From a virus (lineage: Duplodnaviria; Caudoviricetes), in IMG/VR virus record IMGVR_UViG_3300033070_001161, positions 17,222-81,221 of that record: a stretch of 64,000 bases of DNA, one strand, 5' to 3'. The notes beneath the pieces were generated by a model. The model saw nothing but the letters and a program-made list of their open reading frames with translations. It had not been told where the DNA came from and searched no databases. A program made the position numbers and the translations under genes. Shown piece by piece: positions 21,841 through 31,927 of the stretch (positions are counted from its first letter, which is position 1; every line of letters starts with the position of its first letter).

Positions 21841-22380
21841 ATGAATTGGGTTGAACTTTTTGGAGAAATTGTCAAGTTTTTTAATAATTTATTTCATCTT
21901 CCGTCTCGTCAAATAAAAAGAATTGTATTTATATATGATACAATGCATAGGATTCTTGATGACACGGAAGTACAACAAGTGTTAGTATTTAAAGTGCATA
22001 ATGGGGGTGGGCTTATAAAGCCTAATTCACCTATATTTGTATCAGTACTTTATGAAGATTATACAACACCTATAAGAAGTGTAAAGGATAGTTATCAACG
22101 CTTAGAAGTAGATAGAGAATATTTGAAAATGTTATCTGAATTGTATGAAAAAAAACATATAAAAATACGTACAAATAAGTTAATACCTAAATCATTACAG
22201 CATAGTTTGAATGTTTTAGAAGGAATTCAGTATATGGAGTTCTTCTTTTTAGGTCAGGATAGAAGGAATGTATATTTCTGCGTATGTTCTTCTGTATGGG
22301 AAAATGGATGGAGTGACAAAATAGATCAGGATGCTTTTGTAAAATTATCAATAAATTCTATAAAGAATAATATAAGATAA
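21841..22380 (+). CDS. Hypothetical protein
   Basis: Intact ORF; the ATG at 21841 is more plausible than the overlapping start at 21799. No motif recognised. Confidence 0.55.
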   Translation: MNWVELFGEIVKFFNNLFHLPSRQIKRIVFIYDTMHRILDDTEVQQVLVFKVHNGGGLIKPNSPIFVSVLYEDYTTPIRSVKDSYQRLEVDREYLKMLSELYEKKHIKIRTNKLIPKSLQHSLNVLEGIQYMEFFFLGQDRRNVYFCVCSSVWENGWSDKIDQDAFVKLSINSIKNNIR

Positions 22381-22434
22381 GCTATAATAGCATTATTATT
22401 AACCGAATTAACTGGTTTTACCAAATAATCTTTA

Positions 22435-22442
22435 TATTTTTG
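22435..22442 (+). promoter_or_regulatory. Possible Bacteroidota -7 promoter box
   Basis: TATTTTTG located 15 nt before the ATG at 22458; the -33 box is not clear. Confidence 0.4.
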
Positions 22443-22457
22443 CAAAAAAATAACTAT

Positions 22458-23231
22458 ATGAAGGTTTGTTGGGTAACTTGTTTTGCAGGAAGACACGATA
22501 AAGTAGAAAGAGTAATCAAATGTTTTATGGATCAGGTATATGACGATTATATGTACCTACTACTTTATAATAATTCAAAAAATCATCAATTTCTAGATTT
22601 TATAGAAATGCCTGAAAATAAACAAATTATATTAGTTAATAACTATTTGGACAAAGAATCAGGTAGTGAATATACCAATACAGGAGCAATATTTAGAGAC
22701 GCTCTTACATTCGTACCAGAAGATGTAAATATTATTAATTTTGCAGATAGTGACGATATATTCCTACCAAACCATACAAAAGAAGGAGTAAAGGGATATA
22801 AAGATGCAATTTCTATAAATCCTGCTTTTAAAGCATATAAACCATTTTTTTCATATTATTTACATGATGATAATCAAGTAGATAAAGCTCACAATAATAT
22901 GGAGCCTTCAATTTTTGTTAATTTTGATTATGTAAAAAATACAGGTTTTTATTATGTTCCTGCATCATATCATCAAAAATGGTTAACTCCTTTACAGAAG
23001 AACTATAATATATACCAACCTTTAAAAGGTGTACCTACATTCCTATATTGTTGGGAATCAGGTCATAATACACATAAAATATCAGGACTTGGAGATCACG
23101 CTGATAATTTTACAAATCATCGAAAATTTGAAGTAGATGATGGTGATAGTGTACTATCTCCGGCTTTAAACTACGAAGTGGAGAAATATTATACATTAAT
23201 AAAACAGAAACAAATTGCCAATTTTAAATAA
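22458..23231 (+). CDS. Glycosyltransferase, GT-A fold (GT2-like)
   Basis: N-terminal VTCFAGR...LLLYNNS, N.GAIFRDAL, and a DxD motif in INFADSDDIFLPNH. Confidence 0.7.
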   Translation: MKVCWVTCFAGRHDKVERVIKCFMDQVYDDYMYLLLYNNSKNHQFLDFIEMPENKQIILVNNYLDKESGSEYTNTGAIFRDALTFVPEDVNIINFADSDDIFLPNHTKEGVKGYKDAISINPAFKAYKPFFSYYLHDDNQVDKAHNNMEPSIFVNFDYVKNTGFYYVPASYHQKWLTPLQKNYNIYQPLKGVPTFLYCWESGHNTHKISGLGDHADNFTNHRKFEVDDGDSVLSPALNYEVEKYYTLIKQKQIANFK

Positions 23232-26200
23232 TTTCGGTCCTATTATTATATCTAGTACAAATTCTAGCTCAATTACATTAGATAATTGTGCTGTAGAAAA
23301 TGTTATGGGTATAGGTAGTGCTAAAATATACGTTAATAATAAAATGACGGTTCTTGGAAAAGTTAAATTCCAGAACTCAAATAATGTATCTTTTGGCATG
23401 AATGGATCAGTTATTACGGCTTCTGCACTAGCGGGATCAGGTGCAAACTTTGTATTAAGTAATACCAATGGTATAAGTTTTGGTACGGCAGGTAGTGTTG
23501 TAACAGCAAGTTATACAGTTCCTACAGACTATTTTTCTTCAAATCAGTCTACTCTTTTACAACTTACTGCAAATAATAGTTTATCTTTAGGTACTAGTTA
23601 TACTTCCCACACACATAGTCAATATTTAAATACATCTCAATCCACTCTGTTTTTAACCAATCAGAGTGTGCAACCTATTTCTATATCTGCATCTAATGGA
23701 TCAACAACCCTGATTTCATTACAACTTGGTACTGAAAATGGTCTTACTTTATATCATAGTAATGGTTCTATATTAGGTAGTTATACAGATGGGGGCGGTG
23801 GAGGTGCAGATGGCATTAATAGAATATCAGCAGGTACGCAAATAGCAGGACTTACACAAACAGTAGTACTAAGTAATTCTAACAATGTAAGTTTTGGAAT
23901 GAATGGTAATTCAGTGGTTACTGCTTCTGCAAGTTATTCACAACCAACAGATTATATATCAACTGCTCAAAGCAGTTTGTTCCAACAGACATCATTAATG
24001 TCTAATTATTTAGGAACAGAATATACATCACATAGTCATTCTCAGTATTTAAATACATCTCAAAGTAGCTTATTTCAGGCAACTTCTGATAATTCATTAT
24101 CTCTTGGTACTGAATATACATCCCACACACATAGTCAGTATGTAAACACTTCACAAAGTAGTCTTTTTCAACAGACATCTTTGATGAGTAATTATTTAAA
24201 TACTTCACAATCATCTCTGTTTGAACAGAGTTCCCATACTACCATATTTTTAACTTCTCAAAGTGCTCAAGCATTTAGTGCTTCTGGAGGTTCTTCTACT
24301 TTTCAGACTCTTAATTTTGCAAACTCAAACGGGTTTACATTTAGCAATACTAATGGTAGTATTCGTGCAAGTTACACTGTACCAACAGATTATGTATCTA
24401 CAAACCAAAGTAGTTTATTTGCTTTAACTGCAAATGATTCTCTTTCTTTAGGTACTGGATATACAACACATACACATTCACAATATCTGAATACTTCTCA
24501 ATCATCATTGTTTGAGCAGTCTTCTCATACAACTATTTTCCTGACAACTCAGAGTGGACAAGCATATTCTGCTGGTAATGGAAGTAATACTTTCCAAACA
24601 CTCTCTGTAGCTGATAGTAATGGTGTATCATTTTCTACTGGCACTCAAGGATTATATGCTACTGTAAGAACAAACTATGCATCTTCAGATCATAGTCATG
24701 GTAATCCTACTCTTGCTTTAACAAATTTAACTGGTACAACTGCTTCAAACTCAGGAGGTTTTACATTATCTTTATCTGCCGCAGCAGGCGGAGGGGGTGC
24801 TGATGGTTATAATATATTAGCTGCTGGTACACAAACAGCAACTACGGCAGGTACTGTTGTATTGTCAAATAGTAATGGTATATCTTTTGGTATGAGTAAT
24901 AGTAGTGTTATAACTGCTTCTTATACAGTGCCTACTGATTATGTATCAACAGCTCAATCCTCCCTATTTTTTCAAACATCCAACTCATCTTTATTTGAGT
25001 TGTCATCTCATACAACTTTATTCCTTACTACTCAAAGTGGTCAGGCATTTAGCGCAAGTGGAGGATCGTCTACATTCCAAACATTATCATTTCAAGATAG
25101 TAATGGTGTATCTTTCAGTAATAATGCAGGTGCAATCAGAGTATCACACGCACTTCAATTTACAAGTAATACTTCTGCAATTACAGCAAGTGCTTTAAAT
25201 ACCTCCCAGAGTAGTCTTTTTCAGCATACTTCTGCAACAAGTGCAATTACTTCAAATGCTTTAAATACATCACAAAGTTCATTATTTCAACATACTTCAG
25301 CTACTTCAGCAATAACCTCTAATGCATTGAATACCAGTGCTTCACGAGTTATTAATATTATAGCAGCAACTAATAATACTGGTGGTGGTACAGCATCTTT
25401 ATCAAGCAATGTATCCTTTAGCAATGCTAACGGTATGACATTTTATACATCTGCTGGTAGTGCTATAGTAGGTAGTTATACAGTGCCTACTCTTACAAAC
25501 AGTTCGCTTACAATGCAAGCTGGAGCATCAACTCTTAGCTCTGTAAGTAGAATTGCTTTTGGGGATGGTAATGGAGTTTCATTTGGTGCGTCAACATCAA
25601 ACAATGGTTCAATTACTATAACTGCATCAGTAGCAACAAGTTATGCAGCATCAAATCACTCACATGGCAATCCTACATTAGCTCTTACAAACTTATCTGG
25701 AAGTACAGCAAGTAATAGTGCAGGATTAACTCTTTCTTTGTCTGCTGCTGCACCGGGGGCCGGAGGTGGTATTGTATTAGCAAACTCACAAACCACATAT
25801 ACTTCAGGAACAGTTAATTTATCTGGAGCTGGAGCTATTACAATTCAGTCTACAACAGGACAAAGCTTCCAGATTAGTGTACCTGCAACATCTTCATTAT
25901 CAGCCACTGGTATAATTTCCATTTCAACAAATGGGTCTACAGTGTCTATTGGAGCTTCTCAAAGTAACCAAAACATATCATTATATGCTTTAGGAAACAC
26001 TACTCAGAATTCTTCTACAGTGTTGAATGCCAGTGCTTTATCATTTAATGGACTTAATGGTGCTACAGTAGGATTCTCAAATGGTAGTATTCAAATTAGT
26101 GCAGCAACAGGCGGAACAGGAGGAGGTGGAGGAGGAATAGCCTTAGCTAACTCTCAGACTACTTATACTTCCGGTACAGCTCACTTATCTGGTGCAGGTG

Positions 26201-26934
26201 CTATTAGTGTTATATCTACCACTGGACAATCCTATATATTAAGTGCTCCCGGATCATCATCTATCTCTGGAACTGGTCAAGTATCTATTTCAGTAAATGG
26301 TTCTACTATTTCTATAGGAGTACCTAATGGTGAAACAAGAAGTTTTTATAATCCATATTCTGATATACCTATGGTTGCAGGTCAGGCTGGTCAGGGTACA
26401 TTAAATATAAACCCTAACGATTTTCCCAATATTACATTTGATAGAATTTATATGCCAATAAATAATACAAATTCTTCAAACTCTTCAGGATCACACACTT
26501 TATCTTTTTGGGTAGGATTATATACAAGAAATAACTCAACTTTATCTCTTGTGATGAGTGCATCACAATCATATACAATTGTTCACTCTGGTACAGCAGG
26601 AAGTTATTCCTTATATTCAGGTATGCGACATGTAAGTATTCCATTAAGTTCATCTCTAAGTGAAGGTTTATATTTTGTAGGTATAGTCTCTCGTACAACA
26701 TCTGGTGGAGCAAATGGATCATATTCTCAATTTGTAGCATCTAATATTAACTCTAACTTCTTAGGACATTTTGGTTCTTCTCATAATACAACATATCAGT
26801 TTAGACCCGGAATAGGTGTATATTCTGTTACAACTAGTGGTATACCTTCATCTATTGCAATTTCTCAACTTAGAGGTTCTGATTCACAAGGATTAAGACC
26901 TCCAGTATTAATTTTTGCAAATTCTACAATCTAA
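23215..26934 (+). CDS. Very Ser/Thr-rich, internally repetitive fibre/spike-like protein
   Basis: 1239 aa with very few charged residues. Repeated modules include SNSNxVSFG, HTHSQYLNTSQSSLF, SHGNPTLALTNL and LANSQTTYTSGT, joined by Gly linkers and followed by a globular C-terminus. The TTG start is uncertain. Confidence 0.72.
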   Translation: MPILNNFGPIIISSTNSSSITLDNCAVENVMGIGSAKIYVNNKMTVLGKVKFQNSNNVSFGMNGSVITASALAGSGANFVLSNTNGISFGTAGSVVTASYTVPTDYFSSNQSTLLQLTANNSLSLGTSYTSHTHSQYLNTSQSTLFLTNQSVQPISISASNGSTTLISLQLGTENGLTLYHSNGSILGSYTDGGGGGADGINRISAGTQIAGLTQTVVLSNSNNVSFGMNGNSVVTASASYSQPTDYISTAQSSLFQQTSLMSNYLGTEYTSHSHSQYLNTSQSSLFQATSDNSLSLGTEYTSHTHSQYVNTSQSSLFQQTSLMSNYLNTSQSSLFEQSSHTTIFLTSQSAQAFSASGGSSTFQTLNFANSNGFTFSNTNGSIRASYTVPTDYVSTNQSSLFALTANDSLSLGTGYTTHTHSQYLNTSQSSLFEQSSHTTIFLTTQSGQAYSAGNGSNTFQTLSVADSNGVSFSTGTQGLYATVRTNYASSDHSHGNPTLALTNLTGTTASNSGGFTLSLSAAAGGGGADGYNILAAGTQTATTAGTVVLSNSNGISFGMSNSSVITASYTVPTDYVSTAQSSLFFQTSNSSLFELSSHTTLFLTTQSGQAFSASGGSSTFQTLSFQDSNGVSFSNNAGAIRVSHALQFTSNTSAITASALNTSQSSLFQHTSATSAITSNALNTSQSSLFQHTSATSAITSNALNTSASRVINIIAATNNTGGGTASLSSNVSFSNANGMTFYTSAGSAIVGSYTVPTLTNSSLTMQAGASTLSSVSRIAFGDGNGVSFGASTSNNGSITITASVATSYAASNHSHGNPTLALTNLSGSTASNSAGLTLSLSAAAPGAGGGIVLANSQTTYTSGTVNLSGAGAITIQSTTGQSFQISVPATSSLSATGIISISTNGSTVSIGASQSNQNISLYALGNTTQNSSTVLNASALSFNGLNGATVGFSNGSIQISAATGGTGGGGGGIALANSQTTYTSGTAHLSGAGAISVISTTGQSYILSAPGSSSISGTGQVSISVNGSTISIGVPNGETRSFYNPYSDIPMVAGQAGQGTLNINPNDFPNITFDRIYMPINNTNSSNSSGSHTLSFWVGLYTRNNSTLSLVMSASQSYTIVHSGTAGSYSLYSGMRHVSIPLSSSLSEGLYFVGIVSRTTSGGANGSYSQFVASNINSNFLGHFGSSHNTTYQFRPGIGVYSVTTSGIPSSIAISQLRGSDSQGLRPPVLIFANSTI
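23515..25345 (+). repeat. Degenerate protein-level tandem repeats in the fibre gene
   Basis: Several copies of (Y/H)xSHTHSQYLNTSQSSLF and ASYTVPTDY, plus tandem TSAITSNALNTSQSSLFQH units (about 25170-25345). The DNA copies differ mostly at synonymous positions. Confidence 0.85.
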
Positions 26935-27482
26935 TGGCAGGTACAGCAACTATATATTGGATATCACAATCAGCAGGAGGAGGAGGTTGTCCTTTTTTAG
27001 CAACTTCTTGGGTAGGTACTACAAACTGGCAGGAATCACCTACGGGTATATGGGGTCCTATATCACATCCTCCTAATGGTGAGGGTATGGTGAATGATAG
27101 TATTGCAGGTGACGGTTATATACAAGCAGAATATAACAATACAGATAATGAATCTACAGCCATATTCCTTACAACACTAGAATCTCCAACTACTCCATAT
27201 TATGAAAATGTAGAATACGGACTGTATATAAATTCTGATGGTAATTACTGGAGTGCTACAGGAGGAGCAACATATACTGATTTATCTGTTCTTGCAGTAT
27301 CTGGCGATTTATTTAGAGTAATAAGAACAGGAACAACCATAAAAGGTCAGTATTATAGATCAGGTTCGTGGACTGATTTAGTGACATATACTACAGGAAG
27401 TACAGGAACTCTTTATTTAGGAGTATCGTCTGCCAATCCCGGTGTACCAAAATATTGTAGAAACCCAAAATATTGTAATTAA
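26934..27482 (+). CDS. Small beta-rich virion-associated protein (possible lectin-like fold)
   Basis: 182 aa rich in Trp, Tyr, Gly and Thr, translationally coupled between the fibre and beta-helix genes. The fold is inferred only. Confidence 0.45.
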   Translation: MAGTATIYWISQSAGGGGCPFLATSWVGTTNWQESPTGIWGPISHPPNGEGMVNDSIAGDGYIQAEYNNTDNESTAIFLTTLESPTTPYYENVEYGLYINSDGNYWSATGGATYTDLSVLAVSGDLFRVIRTGTTIKGQYYRSGSWTDLVTYTTGSTGTLYLGVSSANPGVPKYCRNPKYCN

Positions 27483-28780
27483 TGGCAACCTATTATATTT
27501 CTCCTTCAGGTAATGATACAACAGGTTCTGGTACAATTGGAAGTCCTTGGTTTTCTTTAAATAAAGTATGGGCTTCTGCTGGATTAGTAGCAGGAGATAC
27601 AGTTTATTTAAGGGGAGGAACTTATACATATACAATACAACAGTACTTAACTGGAAAAAATGGTTCATCTGGAAATACTATAAAACTATATAATTATCCG
27701 GGAGAGGCTCCAGTAATTACCCGTGGTGCTAGTTTTGATAAGTCAGCAGGACACCATAGAGGAATGGTTTATTTAGAAGGCAACTACTTTCATGTAAAAG
27801 GAATTAGATTTACTGGAATGTATACAGATGATAATCAGGTAGATGCTGGTCTACAAACTTACAATGTAAATAACTGTAGATTTGAATTACTGGAATGTGA
27901 TAATAATGTAGAAGGAATGATCGTAGAGAATAATTCATCAGGAAATCTGATTATAAATTGTGATTTTCACGATAATTACTCGAATTATAGTGGTACAAAT
28001 GGTGGAAACTCAGATGGACTGGGTATAACTTATAATCTAAATGCATCAAGTACAAATACCGTAGAAGGATGTAGAGCTTGGAATAACGGGGATGACGGAT
28101 TTGATACATTTGAATGTTTAGGATTTGTAACTTTTAGAAAATGTTGGTCATGGCACAATGGTTTTCAATATGGTACTACTACTCCAGCAGGTAATGGGAC
28201 AGGTTTTAAACTAGGTTCTGACTTCCTTGGCCCAAATCCGGGAGTTGTTAAACGTAGAATGGAAAACTGTATTGCATGGGATAACGGAGATTCTTCAGCA
28301 TCAGGTGGTGCAGCAGGTGCTCACATTAATGAGGCAGAACATCTTGTAGAAATATATAACTGCACATTCTTTGATAATGGTATTACAGGATTCAATCTTC
28401 ACTATAATAATGGTGCTCACGTACTTAGAAATGTAATATCTTTTAATAATGCCAGTAAGGATGTTGAAACCAGTACGAATAGTAGCTCATTAACTTGTTC
28501 TTATGGAACTGGATCAAGTGACGCTTTATCAGGATGGACTCAAAATGCCACTACTGGAGATTTTGTATCAGTAACTCCTACAGGAGTAAGTGGTGCTAGA
28601 CAAGCTGGAGGTAGTCTACCAGTTGTAACATTTTTACATCTTACAGCAGGTAGCGATATGATAGATACAGGAACAAATGTAGGACTTACTTATATAGGTT
28701 CTCCAGATAGAGGAGCTTTTGAATATGGATTATCAGAACTTGAAAGCGGAAATAATGCCACTTTAGCATGGTTTTCTTAA
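27482..28780 (+). CDS. Right-handed beta-helix protein, pectate lyase (PL9)-like depolymerase
   Basis: YYISPSGND...GSPW...AGDTVYLRGGTY, N.DG, NGDDGFD and GNGTGFKLG motifs, plus a C-terminal DRGAFEY. Confidence 0.8.
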   Translation: MATYYISPSGNDTTGSGTIGSPWFSLNKVWASAGLVAGDTVYLRGGTYTYTIQQYLTGKNGSSGNTIKLYNYPGEAPVITRGASFDKSAGHHRGMVYLEGNYFHVKGIRFTGMYTDDNQVDAGLQTYNVNNCRFELLECDNNVEGMIVENNSSGNLIINCDFHDNYSNYSGTNGGNSDGLGITYNLNASSTNTVEGCRAWNNGDDGFDTFECLGFVTFRKCWSWHNGFQYGTTTPAGNGTGFKLGSDFLGPNPGVVKRRMENCIAWDNGDSSASGGAAGAHINEAEHLVEIYNCTFFDNGITGFNLHYNNGAHVLRNVISFNNASKDVETSTNSSSLTCSYGTGSSDALSGWTQNATTGDFVSVTPTGVSGARQAGGSLPVVTFLHLTAGSDMIDTGTNVGLTYIGSPDRGAFEYGLSELESGNNATLAWFS

Positions 28781-28786
28781 TAAAAA

Positions 28787-28818
28787 TTTGCTTTTTAACT
28801 AAATACTTATTATCTTTG
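28787..28818 (+). promoter_or_regulatory. Consensus Bacteroidota primary-sigma promoter
   Basis: TTTG (28787-90), a 20 nt spacer, then TATCTTTG (28811-18), upstream of the ATG at 28840. Confidence 0.85.
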
Positions 28819-28839
28819 CACTAAAACCAAAAAATAAAG

Positions 28840-29574
28840 ATGGGTAACGAAGCTAAAATACATTTTGATCCTTTATATAGCTATGCAGGATATCATAATT
28901 CAAATCCTGAAACAAACAAAAGACTCTCAAAATCAAAAAGTTATGAAGATTTATCCACAATATGCATTGTACCTTGTGTAGGGGGAATTCCTCCAAAAAT
29001 AGTACAATCGTGGAGAGGTATGATGACACCAATGAATCAGAGATTTATTATGATTATGGTGGAAAAAATGGAAGTGGGACAGGCTTATTCAACTACAATT
29101 GAACAAATTCTTGCAAATCCTGAACTTTCTAAATGGAAATACATACTAACAATCGAGCATGATAATGCACCTCCTCCCGATGGACTTCTCAAACTATATG
29201 AAAATATGGATAAATATGACGGTATAGGAGGATTGTATTTTACAAAAGGTGAAGCTGGTCAACCTATGTGTTATGGTAAACCAAATTCATTTCCTGTTAA
29301 TTTTATTCCATTTATGCCTGATCCTGAGACAGTTACACCATGTAGAGGTATCGCTATGGGATTTTCTCTTTTCAAAATGGAAATGTTTAAGGATAAACGT
29401 CTACCAAGACCTTTATTTGAAACAAAACAAGAGTATATTCCCGGAGTAGGTGCTCAAGCTTATACACAAGACCTCAAGTTTTGTGAGGAAGCAGGTAAAT
29501 TGGGATATAAATTTGCTGTAGATTCAAGGGTTAAAGTAGGACATTACGATTACGCTAACGATTTTATGTGGTAG
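28840..29574 (+). CDS. Glycosyltransferase, GT-A fold (GT2-like)
   Basis: YILTIEHDN (DxD-like position), GGLYF, MGFSLF, and QDLKFCEEA..LGYKFAVDSRVKVGH, typical of GT2-like C-terminal motifs. Confidence 0.7.
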   Translation: MGNEAKIHFDPLYSYAGYHNSNPETNKRLSKSKSYEDLSTICIVPCVGGIPPKIVQSWRGMMTPMNQRFIMIMVEKMEVGQAYSTTIEQILANPELSKWKYILTIEHDNAPPPDGLLKLYENMDKYDGIGGLYFTKGEAGQPMCYGKPNSFPVNFIPFMPDPETVTPCRGIAMGFSLFKMEMFKDKRLPRPLFETKQEYIPGVGAQAYTQDLKFCEEAGKLGYKFAVDSRVKVGHYDYANDFMW

Positions 29575-29603
29575 ATTATTACTAATTAAAAACTAAAAAA
29601 AAA

Positions 29604-29789
29604 ATGGATATACAAAAACCTTACGTATTTTATGATCAATACGGTAATTTATGGGAATGTGAATTTGGTTCTTGTGATATTTTACCAAATCCACAAAATA
29701 TGTGGAATGGAATAGCACAAAGAATCAATTTGGAAGAAATGCAAAATGATCCTCATGAAAAAAATGTGAAAGTAAAAACAAACCAATAA
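29604..29789 (+). CDS. Small hypothetical protein
   Basis: 61 aa ORF with an A-rich leader, co-oriented and filling the gap between genes. Confidence 0.5.
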   Translation: MDIQKPYVFYDQYGNLWECEFGSCDILPNPQNMWNGIAQRINLEEMQNDPHEKNVKVKTNQ

Positions 29790-29792
29790 ATA

Positions 29793-30395
29793 ATGGCAAA
29801 AAAACAAACCAAAAAAGAAGAAAAAGTATCAGAGGTATTAGAAGTAGTACCTGTAAAACCAGTAAGAATTGACTTTGGCTGTGGTCAAAATTGTACAGTA
29901 GGTGAAGATGGTGAAAAATATATAGGAGTAGATTTTGTAAAATGTGAAGGTGTTGATATAGTGCATGATTTAACTAGTTTTCCTTATCCTTTTGAGGATA
30001 ATAGTGTAGATGAAATCGTAAGTAGTCACTTTGTAGAACACCTTACAGGTGAAGATTTCATGAAACATATGGATGAATGTTGGAGGATTCTGAAACCTAA
30101 TGGTAAAATGAGGCTCATACACCCTTATTGTTTTTCAGAAAGAGCTTTTCAGGACCCAACTCACAAGACATTTATTCCTGCTGCTCGTTATCTTTATTTT
30201 GATAAAAACTGGAGAGCAGTTAATAAATTAGATCATTACCCAATTAAGAGTGATTATAGTTTTGAAGTGCATGTATCATTCCATAATGATAAAGGTGAAA
30301 ATTGGACAATGAGAGAAGAAAAATTCAGAAATTTTGCTATGGCACATTATATTAATGTAGTAGCTGATCTGATTGTTTACTTAACTAAACGCTAA
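29793..30395 (+). CDS. Class I SAM-dependent methyltransferase (Methyltransf_11-like)
   Basis: RIDFGCG, YIGVD, DIVHDL..FPYPF.DNSVDEI.SSHFVEHL, ECWRILKPNG. Confidence 0.85.
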   Translation: MAKKQTKKEEKVSEVLEVVPVKPVRIDFGCGQNCTVGEDGEKYIGVDFVKCEGVDIVHDLTSFPYPFEDNSVDEIVSSHFVEHLTGEDFMKHMDECWRILKPNGKMRLIHPYCFSERAFQDPTHKTFIPAARYLYFDKNWRAVNKLDHYPIKSDYSFEVHVSFHNDKGENWTMREEKFRNFAMAHYINVVADLIVYLTKR

Positions 30396-30396
30396 T

Positions 30397-31503
30397 ATGA
30401 GAGAATATAGTATAATTTCATGCGTAGAGGATAATGAGCGATTTATTTGGGAAACTACTGTTCAATTACATAACGCTAGGAAATATAATCTTTCTGATAA
30501 ATTCAGAATATTAGTATTTCTACCTGCTTATAATCTTTCCAAAGGAATATCGCCAAAATGGAAGCAATTAGCAGAAATATTCAAAGAAACTAAATTCTTT
30601 TTCTTTGTAGATAAAAATGCAAAAGTTACAGATTTAGCAGTAGAATATCAATATATACCTATTCATAGGTTATCTTCATTAGAACAACATTTTAAAGATT
30701 TTCCAGAGCTTGAAAAGCAAGCTATATTATATATAGATAGTGACGTTATTTTTACATCCACTCCTAAATTCTTAGATTATTTAGATGATGATGTAAACTA
30801 CCTTTCTGATACACGTACTTATTTAAATCATGAGTATCTTGTATCTAAAACAAAGGATGTAATTAAAGAAAAGCAGGAAGAATATACAAAAGCAAATATA
30901 ATAGCTAAAGCAGTATCATTTGCAAAAATCACTGAAGAAGATTTAAAAGAACACAATGATAGCACCGGAGGAGCACATTATTTATTTAAAAATATTACAT
31001 CTAAATTCTTCTCCTCATGCATAGAAACATGTTTACTGGTAAGAATGTATTTTCAAATCGTAAATCAACAGTGGTTTCCCGGAGAGTTTCCTCAAGAAAA
31101 AGAAAACAACGGTATACAAAGTTGGTGCGCAGATATGTGGTCCATTCAATGGAATTTATGGAGATTCAAATTACCATCAGAAACACCAAGTTGGATGGAC
31201 TTCGCTTGGGCCACAGAAGAAACATCCAAATTAGATAAGCGTTTCTGGATGCATAATGCAGGGGTTACAGCAGATTCAAAAATAAGAATAGTTGATAATT
31301 TAAAAACCAAAAAAGATGAAGCTGGAAATCCTATTATTATAGATGCTCCTGCTTTTTATAAAGAAGCTTACAAGAACAAATCAGTATTTGACGATGTTGA
31401 AAATCTACAAAAAATAGTAAATCATCCTGAATCTTCTAAATATTGTACATCTGTATATGTTCAGGAAATTATAGATACATACAATTCACTAATAAAAAAA
31501 TAA
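30397..31503 (+). CDS. GT-A glycosyltransferase, possibly HPAT/peptidyl-serine galactosyltransferase-like
   Basis: YIPIHRLSSL...ILYIDSDVIF (DxD), GGAHYL and WCADMWS. The subfamily call rests on remembered motif resemblance only. Confidence 0.6.
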   Translation: MREYSIISCVEDNERFIWETTVQLHNARKYNLSDKFRILVFLPAYNLSKGISPKWKQLAEIFKETKFFFFVDKNAKVTDLAVEYQYIPIHRLSSLEQHFKDFPELEKQAILYIDSDVIFTSTPKFLDYLDDDVNYLSDTRTYLNHEYLVSKTKDVIKEKQEEYTKANIIAKAVSFAKITEEDLKEHNDSTGGAHYLFKNITSKFFSSCIETCLLVRMYFQIVNQQWFPGEFPQEKENNGIQSWCADMWSIQWNLWRFKLPSETPSWMDFAWATEETSKLDKRFWMHNAGVTADSKIRIVDNLKTKKDEAGNPIIIDAPAFYKEAYKNKSVFDDVENLQKIVNHPESSKYCTSVYVQEIIDTYNSLIKK

Positions 31504-31509
31504 ACAAAA

Positions 31510-31917
31510 ATGAATAACAGAACACGAATTTTTACACGTTTGGATGCCAAGAAAAACCGTATTCCCGGATCATCTGTACAACGCAAAAGTATGCCTAAAG
31601 TGGGCGATTGGGTTGAAGAGGATGTTAACCTATGTTGTGCCCCATATGTATTACTTACTGCTACACCAGCAGATGTTACAGATGATGTATTTAACGTAGT
31701 AATTTCATGTAGTGCTTCCCCTGTACTTACTCAGGTGGTAACACTCGCAGCAGCTACTACTACTATTCAAGAGGTAGTAGATGGATTAAACAGTAAAGCA
31801 TCCCATCTTGGTGTATTCCAAGTAGACGGAAGTAATATACTTTTAAAGTTGAAGCAAGATATAGCAGATACACTTTGTACAGATTCTGCAAATCTTACTT
31901 TAGCTATCACCGTATAA
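31510..31917 (+). CDS. Small putative structural protein
   Basis: N-terminal FTRLD..KNRIPGS...RK.MPKVGDW.E...CC pattern, which I associate with small crAss-like virion-region proteins. Function unknown. Confidence 0.5.
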   Translation: MNNRTRIFTRLDAKKNRIPGSSVQRKSMPKVGDWVEEDVNLCCAPYVLLTATPADVTDDVFNVVISCSASPVLTQVVTLAAATTTIQEVVDGLNSKASHLGVFQVDGSNILLKLKQDIADTLCTDSANLTLAITV

Positions 31918-31927
31918 ATAAACTTTT

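Noticed and set aside
23515-25345. Possible CRISPR array or DGR template/variable repeats
   Set aside because: The repeats are in-frame coding repeats diverged at synonymous sites. There are no identical repeats with unique spacers, no adenine-specific mismatch pattern, and no reverse transcriptase in the window.
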